A DNA stretch of 63,442 nucleotides, the filler included, from Octopus bimaculoides (lineage: Eukaryota), in assembly GCF_001194135.2 (NCBI RefSeq). It is 7 parts of 7 records of this genome, joined end to end, with 100 filler letters (N's around TTAATTAATTAA, not from the genome) between each part and the next. Parts side by side here need not be neighbours in the genome. Positions count along the whole stretch, not along the records: positions 44,251 to 57,140 come from NC_068987.1; positions 57,241 to 58,990 come from NC_068986.1; positions 59,091 to 62,303 come from NW_026424714.1; 4 more parts are not named here. One strand, given 5' to 3'. How positions within the stretch are numbered: the stretch's first letter is position 1; each line of letters starts with the position of its first letter. Below the pieces are notes generated by a model. That model had not been told where the DNA came from, searched no databases, and saw only the letters and a list, made by a program, of their open reading frames with translations. Shown one piece after another: positions 47,404 through 61,320 of this stretch. The position numbers were made by a program, and so were the translations under genes.

Positions 47404-48139
47404 TATATGTGTTTATACAAAAAACAAATATGAACAAGAAGGATAAACAATACTCAATACAGAAAATATTTGATATTGTATACATTGAAATAACGATATG
47501 CATTCCGCTTCTAATAAATGTCATAGATAGACGCAGAGAGAGGAGGGCAGACAGACAGACAGACACACACACACACGCACACACAGTGGGGGAACCTAAT
47601 GTTTAGAGCATTGCACTCACGATCGCAAGGTCGTGCTCTTGATTTCCAGGCCGGCAGTGCGTTGTGTTCTTGAGCAAAATGCTCCATTGTTTCAGTCTAT
47701 TCAGCTGAATATGGGCAACACTGCAACAGACTAGGCTTCCGTTTACTGGGAACGTCGGCCATCTCATGTAGGCAACGGAGTGGCATCATTTTAAAGCTAC
47801 AAAAATGCAAGGAAGCGCACGCACTTGGTAGTCTGATCGATATAGTGACGCGCGCACGGCGGTGAGCTGGCAGGAACGCTAGCACGCCGGGCGAAATGCT
47901 TAGCGGTATTTCGTCTGCCGTTACGTTCTGAGTTCAAATTCCGCCAAGGTTGACTTTGCCTTTCATCTTTTCGGGGTCGATTAAATAAGTACCAGTTACG
48001 TACTGGGTTGATAGAAGAAGAAGAAGAAGAAGAAGAAGAAGAAGAAGAAGAAGAAGAAGAAGAATCCTGCATGAAATTTGGGGAGGGGTAGTCGATTACA
48101 TCGACCCCTGTACTCAGCTGGTACTNNNNNNNNNNNNNN

Positions 48140-48249
<110 letters not shown>

Positions 48250-49828
48250 CACCAGGTAGCGGCTCTCATGGCTTCTTATCTTAACTGATTGGAAGTGTTA
48301 TCATGTACATCGCTTTGTCTTGGTATAAAATATGGGCTACAGCAAATATTCTGCTCAATACCACAGATTTGCTTCTCAGTTGTTTGACCTTAACCAGTTG
48401 AGCATGTCCCTCAGTGACTGACGATATGTGCATCTCTGATCAAGAACAGAAGTAATGTTAGCCATGTGTTGAGAGGAATTCTTTGGGGTTTGAATAATTC
48501 ACCTTTGGAAATATGGGTGCTTCGTTCAACATCTTCGTGAGCTTCCCTCACCGGGGTTAACAGCTAATATACAACCCACGCAGATGCATGTAGATGTATG
48601 AACAAATGTACATCAACCATGTATTTCTTTACTGGGTTCCTACCAAAATAAGATTACAGCCTTCTGAGCGGAGTCTCATTAGTTGACACCACAACCTAAC
48701 CATCTAAAGTCGTTTAAGATGAAAATCTATGTAGTAACTCCATGGAATTTGAACTCAGAAAGTCAAGAATCGAAAAATAAATATTGACTCTTTGCAATAA
48801 AAAATAATAATAGTTTTTCTCATTCCTCTCATTTTATTAGACGAAACTTTAAATATACTCATTCTCCTCACAACTTGACACACATAACTCGTGTATTTTT
48901 ACGTTAGTCGAAATAACTGTAAATGAAAATAGAAAACGAGTCGCCTAGTCATCTTCCGGTAGATTACCAACTACTCTACGCCTACTGTTTGCCTAAAAAT
49001 AAATGAACTGTTATGTTAAATTGTTATTATATGAGAGACACTAAATGATTAGAGATGTTACATTGCTTGAATCTTCCTCGTCTTAAAGCCGTCCTAACAC
49101 CACAACTGTCATCTTACTACTACTACTACGACTACTACTACGACTACTACGACTACTACTACTACGACTACTACTTCTACGACTACTACTATTACTATTT
49201 CTTGACTACTATTTCTTGACTATCACCGATCGGCAATTTGTAACACTTATAACACGAGGAGAATCGTTCACATTTTGCGTTCTATCAAACCACCTAACTG
49301 CCCCACTGATAATTCAGTAGTGTTAACTCTCAGAGCAACATCACACAGTGTGTTTCCTCTACAATTTGAGCGGATGGGGTGATGAAGGAGCGAGAAGAAG
49401 AAAAAATCAAAAGACAGACGTGACCAGAATTAACAACAGTGCTGTGTACTTCTGAATAAATGGCCAATGTAACAACATTAGTATTAACCACTCGAGTTGA
49501 TCAACCGAGAATATACAAGAGTCTTCAACGATGTTACTGAAACACTTCAAGTAAATTAGCCACTTATCCGTTTAATAGTAATTTTAACCCTCTCATACCG
49601 CTAATCATTATCTGTTTCAAATGTTGGGCGTAGATTTGTCTGTGTTTGATGAAGTAGTTCGCTTCGCAGTCAGTTGGTTTTTGAGTTTCTCAGTGCAACG
49701 CAGCAGTATTTGAGGGGGAAATATCTTCAACCTCAGCTTCATATCAAGTATACCATAACCTCATAGGGCATCCATCTTTCGACATCTCTTTTTCTCTCCC
49801 TCCCTATCATATCTCTTCTCTCCCCTCT

Positions 49829-49876
<48 letters not shown>

Positions 49877-49978
49877 CTCTGTATCTATCTGTCTTTCCAT
49901 TTACCTAGCTATCTTAATTTCTGTTCCTCTACTTCATCCTCCTCCTTCATATCGAATCTACCCTTCCCCTCTTCCCAC

Positions 49979-50020
<42 letters not shown>

Positions 50021-50091
50021 TACACACACACATACACACCTTGTTTCCAATCCTGTATATATCTCTACACATCGGTATACACTTCTAATTT

Positions 50092-50267
50092 TATTTACGT
50101 TATTTACATTATTTATATTTGACTAATATTTGACCTCATCTTGTTTGTTGTTAACACAACGTTTCGGCTGATATACCCTCCAGCCTTCATCAGGTGTCTT
50201 GGGGAAATTTCGAACCTGGGTTCTCATTCCTAGGGTATTTTTCAATATTGTTATTATTATTATTATT
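50092..50267 (-). mobile_element. Second copy of the family E HHR element (head absent)
   Basis: Reverse complement of 50153-50198 is identical to 41792-41837. Shares GGTTCGAAATTTCCCCAAGACAC upstream and AACAACAAACAAG..GAGG.CAAATAT downstream. Confidence 0.85.
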
Positions 50268-50571
50268 GTTCAATAGTTTTATTTTTATAACGTGCTTTCA
50301 CTTCACTACCAAGCGCAGCTCTGTGCGCCTTGCGTATGTGCTGTGGTTTGCTGTGATGCTCTTCTGGTTACTGTATTGAAAGTGTTTTGCGTAGGATGTG
50401 TACAGTGCCCAGTAGTGCAATTTTCTGTATGTTATATATATTTGTAAGTCCTGGTGTTTTTGTTATGTATTTGTCTGAATATTTTTTTATTATACCTAAG
50501 GCACCTACTATGATAGGAATTGTTTCTGTTTTTAGATTCCACATTCGAGTTACCTCTATTTCCAGGTCTTT
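50268..50571 (-). mobile_element. R4/Dong-like REL retrotransposon 3' end in a (TAA)n tract
   Basis: DLEIEVTRMWNLKTETIPIIVGALGII...IQKIALLGTVHILRKTLS* followed by a 3' UTR; (TTA)n on both sides (50251-50267 and 50572 onward). Confidence 0.8.
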
Positions 50572-50619
50572 GTTATTATTATTATTATTATTATAATTAT
50601 TATTATTATAATTATTATT

Positions 50620-50652
<33 letters not shown>

Positions 50653-51670
50653 AATGATTATATACCCCGCTGGTGTTTGATCAGGAGTTAAGGCTGGATG
50701 AGTATGCAACCATGCTATTGTTCCAGTCCCAAGTTGAATTCCAACTGCTGGCCAATTTGTCCCAAAGTTTTTATCTGCAAGTAAAATTAACGAAGCGAAT
50801 GTCAATTATCTCCCCCTTCATCTGTGACGTCATCTGACAAACTCCAAGTAAGATGGCGTGAATTAGCCAAGATTTACCTGCTAGAAGTAACAACCCAAAT
50901 ACTTTTAAATCAGATCCCAATCCTGGATGTTCAAGAACCAACTTGAGGGCTGGTTTTCAATACCGGGTTCATTCTCATTCCAAAAACCTATAATATGTCT
51001 ATGTAGAGCAAATGGAGACTGAGATAGACAAACAGACAGACAGACAAAATTTTGCCCTCATTATAATTGAAATATCAAGAAAATATTATCAGACATTTTA
51101 ATAGCAGCAAACTTGTTTTATTTAAAGACTTACCGAGGATATAACCCTAATCTTTACGTTTACCCGTAGACTATATGTTGAGTGACCATTAATCGTGTTC
51201 ATAAGGCGGTGAGCGGCAGATTAGTTGGCACGCCAGCGGTATTTCCTATGCCTTTGCGATCCTAGCTCAAATTCCATCGAGGTCGATGGTTCCCTTGATC
51301 CTTTTGTTGTTGATAAAATAAATGACAGTAAAGCTTTTGGGTCATTATGTACGACTAGTCACTCCTCCAAATTTCAAGCCTTCTTCCTATAGTAGAAAGG
51401 GATATTTCATGTACAATTTTTATTTACCGAACCTTACTATCATATCCCCTTACAATTACACGCTTCTTTAAAGTGAAATATTGTGTGAAAACATCGAGAG
51501 TGAAGTATCGTTTCTGGTTGGAACCTCCAGGTTTCCTGTCCTGAAATTGCCTGGCTAAGAGTTCATACGGTTGAAGGAACAATACCGGACACCTTGTAAC
51601 TATGTTATGGTACCAACCAGCATGTTACAGAGGGTGTTTAAGAACTCAAAGGTGCATAAAACGGCAGACC

Positions 51671-52045
51671 CACACAATTGTGTCCCCTACGTTGTTTCCT
51701 GATAACTTCCAGAAAAATGGGAATAGTTCTAAAGAAATTTTCTACAAATACTTCTCAGATGGCGTACATTACGATTATATCGAAATTTAATGTGAAAAAA
51801 ACAAAAGAAAAAATTTGCGAAATTACACACATATATACAGACACACACAACATACATATCCACAAAATGGAACTTGTAATTTTGAAAATAAATTGGGATG
51901 TGTATCAGTATATATGTGTGCACAACCTCTCTTTTTTTCACATTAATTTCCGATATAGTCATAACGTACATCTGAGAGGTATTTATGGAATATTTCCTTT
52001 AAAGATATCTATTTTTTCTGAAAGTTATGAGGAAACAATTGTGTG
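51671..52045. mobile_element. Foldback MITE with ~120-130-bp imperfect TIRs, class unknown
   Basis: CACACAATTG..TTTCCTGATAACTTCCAGAAAAAT...CTCAGATG...AATGTGAAAAAA versus the inverted TTTTTTCACATT...CATCTGAG...TTTTTCTGAAAGTTATGAGGAAACAATTGTGTG. Confidence 0.75.
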
Positions 52046-53789
52046 GAGGGCACACTTGTGAGGGTCCGCTCAAAATATCCCCACAAACACCAAAAACAAG
52101 GTGAAGATGACTCTGACTTCACTCTAGTCTTCAGGTGTCCGGGTACGTCCCCCGACGCACACATTCCCTAGCCTCTAATCACCGCGAAAGGTTGAAAGAG
52201 ACTGAATATTATTTGAAACGAATGTCTTGGAGAAAACGTTTCCGATATTGTGACGTCATAATGGAAGTGTGAAGAAATATAGAAATCTCTGGACGAGACG
52301 AGAAATTCTTGAATGAACTTCACATATAGACGCTACACGCGCACGCACACAATAGCACACACACACAAACAAATATTTATGTACACAATTTATGTACACA
52401 AACAAATATTTATATATATGATATATGTATTCAGATGAATGTAAGGGTGTGCGTGTGTGTGTATGTGTGCATGTGTGTGTCTGTGTGTCTGTGTGTGTGT
52501 CTGTGTGTGTCTGTCAACAAATATAAATATAAAGGCGGTGAGATAGCAGAGTTGTTAGCACAACGGGCAAAATTCATTTCGTCCGTCTTCGTGTTCTGAG
52601 TTCAAATTCCGCCGTGGTCGACTTTGCCTTTCATCCTTTCTGGGTCGGTAAAATAAGTACCAGTTGAGCACTGGGATCTATGTAATGGACTTACGCCTAC
52701 CCCGAAATTACTGGCCTTGTCTCAAAATATGAAATCAATATATATACTGACCTAGAGGCAGCGAGCTGGTAGAATGGTTAGCATGCGGGGCAAAATGCCT
52801 GACGGCATTTCTTTCGTTTCTACCTTCTAAGTTCAAACGCGGCTTTGTCTTTCATCCTTTCGGGGTCAATAAAAAGGGATCAGTTCAGCACTGAGGTTGA
52901 TGTAATAGAGTTTCCCCTTCCACTGAAATTCTGACAGTTTGAAACCAATATACACAGGTATATGCGTATATGTGTGTGGATTATTTCTGTATGTAAATTG
53001 GGACTTATCTTTTCCACCAGCTTATTTCCTGGAAGGGTTACGAGGACACAGTCCCCGAGCCCGTCTTCCATTGAGTCCCATCAGAAGCAACCGCCTCCAG
53101 TTGAACCTGCTTAATCCCCAAACGTGACCAACCGAGCGCATGGGTCTTATGCAAACAACTTTCTCATTGTCTACCTGTGGGATTCCTCCTTGTTTCTTTT
53201 TTTGTTTTTTGTTTTTTTGTTTTTTTTNNNNNNNNNNGGGGGGGGGTGCCCGTGAAACCTCTCCATTGATTCTTTCCTGGGGCATTCTTACCACATTTCC
53301 GTAATATCGGAGTGGAAATGGAGTGGAAATTGAACCAGTGAGTGTGTTAGTTAGTAAGTCATTAAAATAGAATGACTCTCCCCAGACACAAGATATGCTT
53401 CAACACACGAATTCATATAAAGAATCTTGCAAACCAAATACAAAAATGAAATGTATATGTGTGTGTATATGTGCCACTTGTGTGTGTGTGATGTGGGTGC
53501 ACGTGTGCGCCGTATGTGTGGGGTGTAGTTATATGCATTATATTTTCATATCCATCAAACCCGATACAATATACATACGCTTCTATATTACAACACACAT
53601 ATATCGAAACATCTTTACAGCGATATGTGATATATATATATATGTATATAGATAGGTACAACGCTTATAGTGTATGTCAAAGTTATCGTTTTAACGATTT
53701 GCAATACACAGATGCAACACATATTTTATATCCAAATATCGTTTCATCAAATCGCAGTATGTGGATACCCAATATATTTGAGTGCTCTT

Positions 53790-53945
53790 AATAATAATAA
53801 GTTCTTGACTATGGATTTATACTACTTCAACCGTTCCACCAAAACCATTCTGAGTCCTTCGAATAATCTCTACATCGTGAAATTACAGGAGAAAATCGAA
53901 GACTAACTTAAACGCATTCAGTGGAAAGAGATCTGTTTTAACTCT
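53790..53945 (+). pseudogene. Penelope-like element N-terminal remnant
   Basis: RSTKTILSPSNNLYIVKLQEKIED*LKRIQWKEICFN resembles the PLE N-terminal motif S.KNIP.PS...Y...LIEK.E...KRMRWKA.FF. Confidence 0.55.
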
Positions 53946-54648
53946 GACATGACGTCTCTTCGTAAATCTATGATATCAAAACATCGAACTGTATCCCGAG
54001 AATTAAGGTTCTAAGGCTCTTCGAATCCGACTACCTAGATTTAATAGCGAACATTAAATTTCATAAACAAAAAGAAAAAAAAACGTAAATGTGCCATAAA
54101 GCAAATTAAGAAATTTAGTGAAGCAGTATTTTAAATGATAAACAGAAGTAGAAGCCTAAAGAATACAGATAAGATACTATGCAAACAGTTACTCGGTAAT
54201 AACATTATACAAATCTACGTTAAAATAAGCATCAACACATATAACAATAAAACAATGAAGCTGGAATGGCGAGCTGGCAGAATCGGTAGCACACCGGCCA
54301 ATATGCTTAGCGACATTTCCTTCATCTGTACGCCCAGTGTTCAATTTCTGCCGAGGTCGACTTCGCCTTTCGGAGTCGATAAAATAAGTACCAGTCGAGC
54401 ACTGGGATTGATGTAATCGACGTATCCTCTCCTCCAAAATTGTTAGTTTTGTGCCAAAATGAGAAGCCAATATCAATAATGTTAATACGCTAACTTTTTT
54501 GCTTTTGTACGTACCTGTTGTGTGCGTCACACTTACTTCAAAGAAGTGGCAAAGTATTTTTATAGTCAAGCAGATGGTGTTGCCTGCTTCACTTTCCCTG
54601 GTCTGTTACAATGTCTAACAACTAGTTAACAGCATTATTGGGCGATTG

Positions 54649-54864
54649 GAAGGCGGCGAGCTGGCAGAATTATTAACACGTCGGGCAAAATGTTTAGCGG
54701 CATTTCGTCCGTCTTTACGTTCTGAGTTCAAATTCGGCCGAGGTCGACTTTGCGTTTCATCCTTTCGAGGTCGATAAATTAAGTACCAGTTGAGCACTGG
54801 GGTCGATATAATCAACTAATACCCCTCCCAAAAAATTTCAAGCCTTGTGCCTATAGTAGAAAGG
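54649..54864 (+). mobile_element. SINE family B, full copy with 15-bp TSD
   Basis: TSD ATTATTGGGCGATTG at 54634-54648 and 54865-54879. Confidence 0.9.
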
Positions 54865-57779
54865 ATTATTGGGCGATTGACATCAAGAAGTGGGGGGAAA
54901 ATGGAGACATTTATGCTTTTCCCAAGATCGTTAGTGTAATAAACAATGGAGAATCGAAACTGGGTCGCCAATTTAGCTTAGAGAAGAAAGCTTCAGTTTA
55001 TACCACAATGCTGGTCATCACTTTATCAAAAATGTTTATGAAACATTGCTTTCTAACATTGGCACGAAGGTGACGAGTTTTGAAAGAAACGGGTACTCTA
55101 TTTTATCTACCCAGGAGAGATGAAAGGCAAAAGAAATTCTAATAACGTTTGAATTTAAAACTAGAAAAAAGGTTATATAACCAAGTGTGGCGTCCTATAC
55201 ACAGCAGTGTTACTGACGCTTATAGCCCCAGGAAGACATCTTCTCCAGCTGGCTAACGACACACATTCTGTGTTCGATTAGTTTTTACGAGGGGAGGTCA
55301 TCGCTCTCATTTCTAGCTTTATATGATACACACGGACTCGAGTTTCTGGTTGGTTACCCGTCCTCAGGGAAAATTCATTCCGCTTGCAAAAGAGTCCGCG
55401 ATCCTATGACCACGAGCCCGCTGTCATAACCACTGGGCCATAATATTGCAATGTATACATTTATGAATACACAACTAAGAGAATAGCTTGCAATATCTCT
55501 AAGTTGCTTCTGTAGTTTTTATGTGGGGAAAATTATCTCTGATATTTATTTCACCTTAATTGCTTTAATTTTTTTTCTTTCTTGCTTCTGTTTTGTGGCT
55601 TTGGAATTGAACCTATTCGAATAATATTGATCTTTTCATCAGAGTAGCCGAACGTCACCACAGTACTTTCTCCAAGTCCACCTTTGTTCATCCATTAATG
55701 CTTGTGGTGGTCATGAACAAAAACACTGGTTGGAAAAATTCCCTTTGGCATTGTTTTACGTTTAAAAATTAGTAAAGATGCGAGTTTTGTCCAGTTTCTA
55801 CTTTAAACTGAAATAAAAGTCTAAAAGTATAGAGTATGTTCACACCTTGTTGTTTTTATAGATACCGTCTTTACACCATAATTTTCGGTGTTTTTCTAAT
55901 ATCGGATTCAAATTTTGGCACAAGACCAGTAATTCTGGAGGAGGAGGTAAGCCTTTTACATCGACCTCAGTGATCAACTGGTACTTATTTTATCGACCCC
56001 GAAACATTGGAAGGCAAAGTCATCCCCGGTGACATTTGAACTCAGAACGTAACGACGGACAAAATGCCTCTAAGCATTTTGGCCGGAGTGCTAAAGATTC
56101 TGCCAGCTCACCATCTTACGTTTTCCTTATATTAAGAGCATTTCATCCATTTTGCTTCGTCACCTTATTTCTATAGTTTGTTACCTTTCTGGCGTCGATC
56201 ACACATTTTTGAGTCACCAGGATTTCTCCTTCATTTTCTTCAAACATATTCTATGCAAGTCTAATCTTTACTATCATTCTTAGATCATGCTAAAGTAGAA
56301 TTAAGATGAAGATACAGCAATCTCATCTGCTGGAATTTGTTCCTACTCTGCCAATCTCTTGGCCCCGCATATTATCTGTACAGAAAGTCTTTTAATATTC
56401 CATTCACATAATATGAGTGGAATACTAAGAAGCTACATCAAATTTATAAAATATCGTGGAGAAAAATATTCGTCAATCTTTTTTTTTTTCTTTTTTTTTT
56501 TCGTTTTTGTTAAGTACAACGAATGACAGATATAAAAATGTTTCGACTGATAGAGTGTCATCAGCTAGTGTGGCGTAAACTTTACGTAACTTGCCGAAGT
56601 ATTTGTGACCTGGAACCATTGAGTAAATGTATAGAAATACGTAATTTTTGGACGTCGTAAAAGAAAACTGTCTGAAAATTAAATGAACTCCCTGATTAAA
56701 ATTAATGCATTATATAGCTCATCAACTAACTATTGCTTTTTCTCTCGATCTATTATTGATACAGGATTGTCTTCTCAATGTTTCATTCATTAAATATATC
56801 TGTTTAGTTGTGTATATGCATGTATGCATGTATGCATGTATGTATGTATGGATGGATGTATGGATGGATGCATGCATGCATTATGTATGTATATGTATGC
56901 GTTATGCATGCATATATCTCTCTCTTTTACTCTACTCTCTTTTACTTGTTTCAGTTATTTGACTGCGGCCATGCTGGAGCACCGCCTTTTAGTCGAGCTA
57001 ATCGACCCCAGGACTTATTCTTTGTAAGCCTAGTACTTATTCTATCGGTCTCTTTAGCCGAACCGCTAAGTGACGGGGAGGTAAACACACCAGCATCGGT
57101 TGTCAAGCGATGTTGGGGGGACAAACACAGACATACATACNNNNNNNNNNNNNNNNNNNNNNNNNNNNNNNNNNNNNNNNNNNNTTAATTAATTAANNNN
57201 NNNNNNNNNNNNNNNNNNNNNNNNNNNNNNNNNNNNNNNNTATATATATATATATGCATATTGATATATATATATATATATTTGTGTATACACTCAAACA
57301 TATGCATACACGCACTCATAGAATCAGACACACACACACACACGCACACATACACAAATAAAAAATATATTTTTGTCTTATTTTTCTGATACCAACATTA
57401 CCCAGTGACTATGCTGGAGTCCGCCTTCAAAAGTTTCGTCTATCATACCGACGCAGTTCTTATTTTGTCTGGTACTTATTTTATCGAACTGTATTTGTTG
57501 AATCGATGTGTGTGTGTGTATGTATGTATGTATGTACGATTGGTATGTACAAGTGCATATGCGCGCGCGCACACACACACACGCATGTAGATAAAAAAGG
57601 AAACAACAAAATGGTTCTGCATTGATATACAAAGTTGAATTAGTAAATCGATAAATAATTTGATAAAAAATTTCCGAAGGAACTCGAATATGAAACTACC
57701 CATTCTCGCTTCTGCCTGGAAATTTAATATATTTTTTAATCAGTAATATTTACACCATATCTGTCTGTTTGTCCGTCTG

Positions 57780-57820
<41 letters not shown>

Positions 57821-58955
57821 AAATAATATTTACACTCCTATATCTCTTTCTCCCCCCTCCCCTGAGAGGGGAATATGTTGAATAAAATCTTAACTAACTG
57901 ATTCTCCTGTATTTTCTTTTACCCAAATCCAGATACTTTTCAGCACAACCTTCGTATGTATATACTATGCATGTCTAAATAATATATATATAGATACTTG
58001 TACTATCATACATTTTTGCTGTTCAAATATATACCACTAGCCACTTTATTTCTAACTCATTTTCGTTTTCTCTAGGCTAATTACGTAAGTCATAAATGTG
58101 TTCTATTCCTTTTTATGTAAGTGTCCCGTTTGTCGAAGATAAGATAGGACGACGTCTCTCATGATGAGGCTTACTGAGGCAGAAACGTTAGCACGCCGGG
58201 CGAAATGCTTGGTATTTCGTCTGCCGTTACGTTCTGAGTTCAAATTCCGCCAAGGTCGACTTTGCCTTTCATCCTTTCGGGGGTCGATAAATTAAGTACC
58301 AGTTACGCACTGGGGTCGATGTAATCGACTTAATCCCTTTGTCTGTCCTTGTTTGTCCCCTTTATGTTTGGCTCATTGTGGGCAATAAAGAAATAAGAAA
58401 CGCTTGTCCACAATTATTCTCTTGTCTTCCGACAGTCAGACTCTTTCGTTTTCTTAATAGCATGTCAATTACGGAGAAATCTTCGCTATGGAGATGATCT
58501 CTACTCATTTCAAGTCCATCTTATCTGTCACCAAACGATTGTTCAACCATTCTTCGAAGGGAAATAATTCAATAGTTCAAGAGTATACCGTGCATGGTAT
58601 TGAATAGACTTATGTTCATCTCTGCTGCTCAAATATATACCACTGGCTATTCTGAGTTAGTTTTCGCGGCTCATTTTCGGATCCAATATATATTCTTTAT
58701 TATTTACTTGTTTCAGTCATTTTGACTGCGACCATACTGGAGCACTGCCTTGAAGGGTTTTAGCCGAACAAGTAGACCCCCAGGACTTATTTTTTAAAGC
58801 CTGGCACTAATTCTATCGATCTCTTTTGTCGAACCGCTAGATTACGGGAACGTAAACACACCAAACCAGTTACCAAGCGGTAGTGGTGGACAAACACAGA
58901 TATAAAGACACACACACACACGTATATTTATGTATGCATGCATACATGTACATAC

Positions 58956-58990
<35 letters not shown>

Positions 58991-59544
58991 NNNNNNNNNN
59001 NNNNNNNNNNNNNNNNNNNNNNNNNNNNNNNNNNTTAATTAATTAANNNNNNNNNNNNNNNNNNNNNNNNNNNNNNNNNNNNNNNNNNNNTCTTCTACTA
59101 TAGCCCTGGGCCGACCAAAGCCTTGTGAGTGGATTTGGTAAATGGAAACTGGTATAGATCTATGACAGACAGACTTATGGGATCCTTATGGTTTGACGGC
59201 CAACATTTTTTTATGTCGTGTTTTTGGTACCGAAACACTTTCAAACTTCCAATACTTGTATATTTTGTGTTATAGAACAGATAAAAAATTTTGTATTCGA
59301 AGTTATTTCATGTAAAAAATTGTCGTATTTCGGTAATTTCAACCAATCCGACTTATGATCAAAGATGTTCCAGCTTTGACCATCCCGTCTTTTATTCAGG
59401 CATAGTGTATCTAGGACTACATTATTTAATGTACTGTATAATAGTTAGTGTTCAACAGAATCACACTGTTTCTGTTCACAGAGAAAGACAACAAAATAAA
59501 GCCGTTGGATAAAGGATTACATTTGTTCAAGTAAATATTTATGC

Positions 59545-60305
59545 GAAAGGATGAAAGGCAAAGTCGACCTCGGCGGAATTTGAACTCGGAACGAAGCAGC
59601 CGACGAAATACCGCTAAGCATTTCGCCCGGCGTGCTAACCGTTCTGCCAGCTCACTACCTTTAATATTCTTTTATTCTCTAGGCCCGAAGTTTTTGTGGA
59701 GGGGGCCAATAGATTAGATCGATCCCAGTACGCAACTGGTACTTAATTTATCGATCTCTGCGGAATTTGAACTCAGAACGTAAAAACGAACGAAATACCG
59801 CCAAGCATTTCGTCCGGCGTGCTAACGATTCTGCCATCTCAGCGCCTTTAATATTCTTTCATTCTCTAGGCACAAGTCNNNNNNNNNNNNNNNNNNNNNN
59901 NNNNNNNNNNNNNNNNNNNNNNNNNNNNNNNNNGAATCACACTGTTTCTGTTCACAGAGAAAGACAACAAAATAAAGCCGTTGGATAAAGGATTACATTT
60001 GTTCAAGTAAATATTTATGCGAAAGGATGAAAGGCAAAGTCGACCTCAGCAGAATTTGAACTCAGAACGTAGCGGCAGACAAAATACCTATTTCTTTACT
60101 GCCCACAAGAGGCTACCCACAGAGAGGACAAACAAGGACAGACAAACGGATTAAGTTGATTATATCGACCCCAGTGCGTAACTGGTACTTAATTTCTCGA
60201 CCCCGAAAGGATGAAAGGTAAAGTCGACCTCGGCGGAATTTGAACTCAGAACGCAGTGGCAGACGAAATACCGCTAAGCATTTCGCCCGACATGCTAACA
60301 TTTCT
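59545..60305 (-). mobile_element. Array of tandem and nested SINE family B copies
   Basis: At least four minus-strand copies (~59545-59660, 59675-59878, 60025-60090, 60093-60305); includes the extended tail GGACAAACAAGGACAGACAAA also seen at ~19115-19170 and 58335-58400. Confidence 0.85.
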
Positions 60306-61019
60306 ACTTCTGGTGCTATGTAAAAAGCACCCAGTACACTCTGTGAACTGACTGGTGTTAGGAAGGGCATCCAGCCATTGGGACCGTCCCGAAGCAGACA
60401 TTTGCAGCCTGGTCAGTTCTCAGACTGGGCAGCTCCTATCAAGCACCCCAATCAATGCTAGTATGGAAAACGGAAGCTTGCTTCCCAGCCACATGGTTCT
60501 GGGTTCAGTTCCACTGCGTGGCACACCTTGGGCAAGTGTCTTCTACTATTGCCTCGGGCCAATCAAAGCGTTGTGAGTGGATTTGGTAGAGGGAAATTGA
60601 ATGAAGCCCGTCGTGTGTTTACCACCCCTTCCATCGCTTGACAACCGATGTTGGTGTGTTTACATCCCCATTAGATAGTGCAACAGCTAATGGTGATAGA
60701 AAAAGTACTAGGCTTACAAAAGATAAATCCTGGCGTCGATTTCTTCGACTAAAAGGCAGTGCTCCAGCATGGCCGCATTCGAACAGCTGAGTGGTGTGGG
60801 TGGTGCCCTGTGGCTCTTCAGCGAAACACTTCATCTCTTGCTGCCCTGTGAACACTTCGTCACTTGAGACGTGGTACACTTGTGCAGATGTTCAGGAAAT
60901 GTCGATTTGATGGCAGGAGTTAGTTAATGTGCAGGACATGCACTTGATCACTGTAAGCAAATTGTTTGTTCCGGTCGTTTGGCAAAGGCTGAATGCTCAT
61001 ATGTCATCTTCAATGCATG

Positions 61020-61320
61020 TGGAGGCGCAATGGCCCAGTGGCTAAGGCAGCCGACTTGCAGTCATAGGATCACGGTTTCGATTCCCGGACCGGGCGTTGT
61101 GAGTGTTTATTGAGCGAAAACACCTAAAAGCTCCACGAGGCTCCAGCAAGGGGTGGTAGCCACCCCTGTTGTATTCTTTTGCCCTAACTTTCTTTCACTC
61201 TTTTTTTCCTGTTTCTTGAGTAACGCTACGAGGGACTGGCGTCTCGTCCAGCCAGGAGGAACTCATACGCCACAGAAACCGGGAAACCGGGCCCATGAGC
61301 CTGGCTAGGCTTTAAAAAAG
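61020..61320 (+). mobile_element. SINE family A head/body with an alternative 3' tail
   Basis: Matches family A up to TTCCTGTTTCT, then CAGCCAGGAGGAACTCATACGCCACAGAAACCGGG...GGCTTTAAAAAAGGGGGGCAT instead of the usual tail. Confidence 0.8.

Noticed and set aside
59458-60050. ~110-bp unique sequence repeated at 59458 and 59934
   Set aside because: The second copy starts exactly at a gap edge; likely an assembly or haplotype artefact. Long reads would be needed to rescue it.
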